Shown: piece after piece, positions 61,718 to 64,000 of the stretch
Position numbering within the stretch: the stretch's first letter is position 1
Layout: each line of letters starts with the position of its first letter
Assembly: GCA_014584605.1 (NCBI GenBank)
Contig: JACTMO010000027.1
Span: 11,690 to 75,689, forward strand
Source: Bacteroidota bacterium
GTDB taxonomy: Bacteria; Bacteroidota; Bacteroidia; Flavobacteriales_F; PHOS-HE28
DNA length: 64,000 nucleotides
Direction: 5' to 3'
Notes under the pieces: model-generated
Told to the model about the DNA's origin: nothing
The model's database searches: none
The model's input: the letters and a program-made list of their open reading frames with translations, nothing else
Program-made: the position numbers and the translations under genes

Positions 61718-62956
61718 ATGAACGAAGCCCGCCGTTGGTACCGGATCGCCCTGGCCGACCTGCTGGTGGCCGCCGTGATCGGCTGCATCCTGCGGACGAT
61801 CTACATCGTGGAGATCCCCCACTTGACCTTCAAACCCCTGCTGCACGCGCACTCGCACACGGCCTTGCTGGGATGGATCTTCATCGGCCTGATGGTCTTC
61901 CTGCTGGACGATGAGCCCGATGAGCGGACCCGGCGCAGGAGGAAGGCCCTGCTGTGGACGGCCCAGGCCGCGGTGATCGGCATGCTGGTGAGCTTCTCGA
62001 TCCAGGGATACGGCACGGTGTCCATCGCCATGTCGGCGTTGCACATGCTCACCTCCTACCTGCTGGTGCGCGAGGCCTGGATGGCCACGCGGGCCTGGTC
62101 GCCCGTGGGCAGCCGTTCCCTGGCGCGGATCGCCTTGATCGGCTTCATCCTCTCCACCCTCGGCATCTGGGCCATCGGCCCCTTGCTGGCCGCCGGTCAG
62201 TTCGGCACCGAGATCTACTACTGGAGCATCCAGTTCTTCCTGCACTTCCAGTTCAACGGCTGGGCCTGGTTCGCCGCCCTGGCGCTCTGGGGGCGCTGGG
62301 CCGAACAGCAGGGCTCCCCCACCCCGCTGGACCGCTTCACGGTGCGGCTGTGGGTGGTGTCCACCGTGCTGAGCTTCGCGCTGGCCATCGCCTGGAGCGA
62401 ACGCTTCTGGTACATCATCGCCGTGAACTCGATCGCCGTGCTGCTCCAGTTGTGGGCCGGCTGGCGCACCGCCCTCGCCCTGCGCCGCACCCAGGTGCAA
62501 CTGATGGGACAGGCCCAGCTCTGGGCCTGGCGCTGCGTCACCTACGCCCTGGTGGTGATGGGCCTGAAGGTGCTGATGCAGGCCGCCGTGGCCATCCCCC
62601 CCGTGGCCATCATGGCCTTCACCATCCGCAACTACGTGGTCGGCTTCATCCACCTGAACATGCTCGGGGCCATCACCCTGATGCTCTTCGCCATGGCCCT
62701 GTTGCGCGGCTGGTTCGTATCCACCTCTACGCGCGTGCGCATCGGGCTGTCGCTGTTCACCTCGGGCATGGTGCTCACCGAGGGCCTGCTCTTCCTGCAG
62801 GGCACCCTGTTCTGGATGGGCCTGGGCATGATGCCCGGCTATCATCCCATGTTGCTGGGCGCCAGCATCCTGCTGCCAGTCGGCGTGGCCATCCTGATCC
62901 TGTTCCCCCTGGGCCGCGGGCGCAGCCGACGCCTGGTCATGGAACGCCGCCGCTGA
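61718..62956 (+). CDS. 12-TM membrane protein with conserved histidines (NnrS-like?), divergent from the nos operon
   Basis: 412 aa with about 12 hydrophobic helices. Intramembrane His motifs are LLHAHSHTALLGW, FFLHFQFNGW and GFIHLNMLGA. The resemblance to NnrS (HAHEMLFG-type motif) is from memory and weak. Confidence 0.4.
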   Translation: MNEARRWYRIALADLLVAAVIGCILRTIYIVEIPHLTFKPLLHAHSHTALLGWIFIGLMVFLLDDEPDERTRRRRKALLWTAQAAVIGMLVSFSIQGYGTVSIAMSALHMLTSYLLVREAWMATRAWSPVGSRSLARIALIGFILSTLGIWAIGPLLAAGQFGTEIYYWSIQFFLHFQFNGWAWFAALALWGRWAEQQGSPTPLDRFTVRLWVVSTVLSFALAIAWSERFWYIIAVNSIAVLLQLWAGWRTALALRRTQVQLMGQAQLWAWRCVTYALVVMGLKVLMQAAVAIPPVAIMAFTIRNYVVGFIHLNMLGAITLMLFAMALLRGWFVSTSTRVRIGLSLFTSGMVLTEGLLFLQGTLFWMGLGMMPGYHPMLLGASILLPVGVAILILFPLGRGRSRRLVMERRR

Positions 62957-63015
62957 GCGACGGACCGGCCGCTCCCTGCGATCGGTCACGGGCCTACTTT
63001 TGCGGCCCTTCCGCC

Positions 63016-64000
63016 ATGGCCGCACCGCGCTACACCGTGGACCCCGACCGGCTTGACGGCGTCGTGGCCGACCCGCTGTTCCGGGCCGTGGCCGCAGAGG
63101 CCGCCGTCCAGGGCCTTCCCGCCTATGCCATCGGCGGCTTCGTGCGCGACCGGCTGATCGGCAGACCCTGCAAGGACATCGACTTCGTGGTGGAGGGCGA
63201 CGGCATGGCCTTCGCCGCAGGCGTGGCCACGCGCCTGAACGCCGGCCCGGTGCATGTGTTCAAGAACTTCGGCACGGCCATGTTCACCCTGCGGGGGGCC
63301 GCTACCACCGGAGCCGACGACCTCCAGGTGGAGTTCGTGGGCGCCCGCCGCGAGAGCTACAGCCGCCACAGCCGCAAGCCCGAGGTGGTGCCCGGCAGCA
63401 TCCGAGACGACCAGGAGCGCCGCGACTTCACCATCAACGCGCTGGCCATCTCGCTCAACGCCGGCAGCGTGGGCGCGCTGGTGGACCCCTTCGGCGGCCT
63501 GCTGCACCTGGACCAGGGCCTGATCCGCACCCCGCTGGACCCGGACATCACCTTCAGCGACGACCCGCTCCGCATGTTGCGCGCCGTGCGCTTCGCCAAC
63601 CAGCTGGGCTTCACGATCGATCCGGAGACCTTCGCCGCCATCGGCCGCAACGCCGAACGCCTGGAGATCATCAGCGCCGAACGCATCCACGGCGAGCTCA
63701 ACAAGATCATCGCCTGCGACCGGCCCAGCATCGGCTTCAACCTGATGCACGACAGCGGCCTCCTTCAACGCTTCTTCCCGGAGTTCGTAGCCCTTCGCGG
63801 CGCCGAGGAGAAACACGGCATCGGGCACAAGGACAACTTCCACCACACCCTGCAGGTGCTGGACAACGTGTGCGCCGCGAGCGTTGACCTGTGGCTTCGC
63901 TGGGGGGCCGTGCTGCACGACATCGCCAAGCCCCTCACCAAGCGCTTCGTTCCGGGCCAGGGCTGGACCTTCCACGGCCACGAGGACAAAGGCGCACGCA
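63016..64000 (+). CDS. tRNA nucleotidyltransferase/poly(A) polymerase-family protein with HD domain (CCA-adding enzyme-like), 5' part; continues past the right edge
   Basis: Absent from the ORF track (no stop in the window). Translation from the ATG at 63016 gives AYAIGGFVRDRLIGRPCKDIDFVV, RRDFTINALA and DPLRMLRAVRF, then the HD region GHKDNFHHTLQVLD...AVLHDIAKP. Track ORF 62986..63981 (-) is its antisense shadow. Confidence 0.85.
   Translation, partial: MAAPRYTVDPDRLDGVVADPLFRAVAAEAAVQGLPAYAIGGFVRDRLIGRPCKDIDFVVEGDGMAFAAGVATRLNAGPVHVFKNFGTAMFTLRGAATTGADDLQVEFVGARRESYSRHSRKPEVVPGSIRDDQERRDFTINALAISLNAGSVGALVDPFGGLLHLDQGLIRTPLDPDITFSDDPLRMLRAVRFANQLGFTIDPETFAAIGRNAERLEIISAERIHGELNKIIACDRPSIGFNLMHDSGLLQRFFPEFVALRGAEEKHGIGHKDNFHHTLQVLDNVCAASVDLWLRWGAVLHDIAKPLTKRFVPGQGWTFHGHEDKGAR

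Overview
This is a GC-rich, gene-dense chromosomal window (about two-thirds G+C by eye, not computed). I saw no rRNA, tRNA, CRISPR array, transposase or integrase. It most likely comes from a high-GC member of the Bacteroidota. Three points support that: several secreted proteins end in T9SS-type C-terminal sorting domains, many genes are preceded by TAnnTTTG-like -7 boxes, and nosZ is the Sec-type clade II form in the usual cytochrome c-nosZ-nosL-nosD-nosF-nosY order.

About 59 CDS are supported. Many long ORFs in the supplied track are antisense shadows or N-terminally over-extended chimeras. I trimmed starts using signal peptides, family N-termini, ATGA start/stop overlaps and -7 boxes.

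Content by block:
- 1-18 kb, housekeeping: arginase and ctlX, ftsK, an OmpA-like lipoprotein, a SET-domain protein, lolA, kup, OsmC, NAT, DedA and aroE.
- 18-27.5 kb, an extracytoplasmic copper/haem block: a T9SS multicopper oxidase; a tightly packed five-gene operon that starts with a T9SS lysyl-oxidase-like protein and continues with a NapH-like Fe-S/TPR membrane protein, a cytochrome c, a beta-barrel and a haem lipoprotein; and a divergent MbnP/MbnH pair.
- 27.7-62 kb, an NO/N2O island:
  - Regulators and NO-stress genes: a Crp/Fnr regulator, tryptophanase, an Rrf2 (NsrR-like) regulator, a group III truncated haemoglobin, a methyltransferase, RIC and a hemerythrin.
  - A soluble histidine kinase with a sigma54 activator, then a tiny Cys-rich ORF followed by gdh-pntAB-rnk.
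  - Tyrosine phenol-lyase with an uncharacterised 611-aa TIM-barrel-like protein.
  - qNOR, and norC-norB translationally coupled to nadA-nadB.
  - Class II RNR, a fasciclin lipoprotein and the nos cluster.

The items most worth follow-up are:
- the lysyl-oxidase-like redox operon;
- the tyrosine phenol-lyase plus 611-aa gene pair;
- the norCB-nadAB coupling;
- the duplicated Cys-rich mini-protein;
- a perfect sigma54 promoter in front of lolA;
- several AT-rich palindromes and operator-like sites that stand out against the GC-rich background.

All protein calls rest on motifs I recognise by eye. No database search was run.
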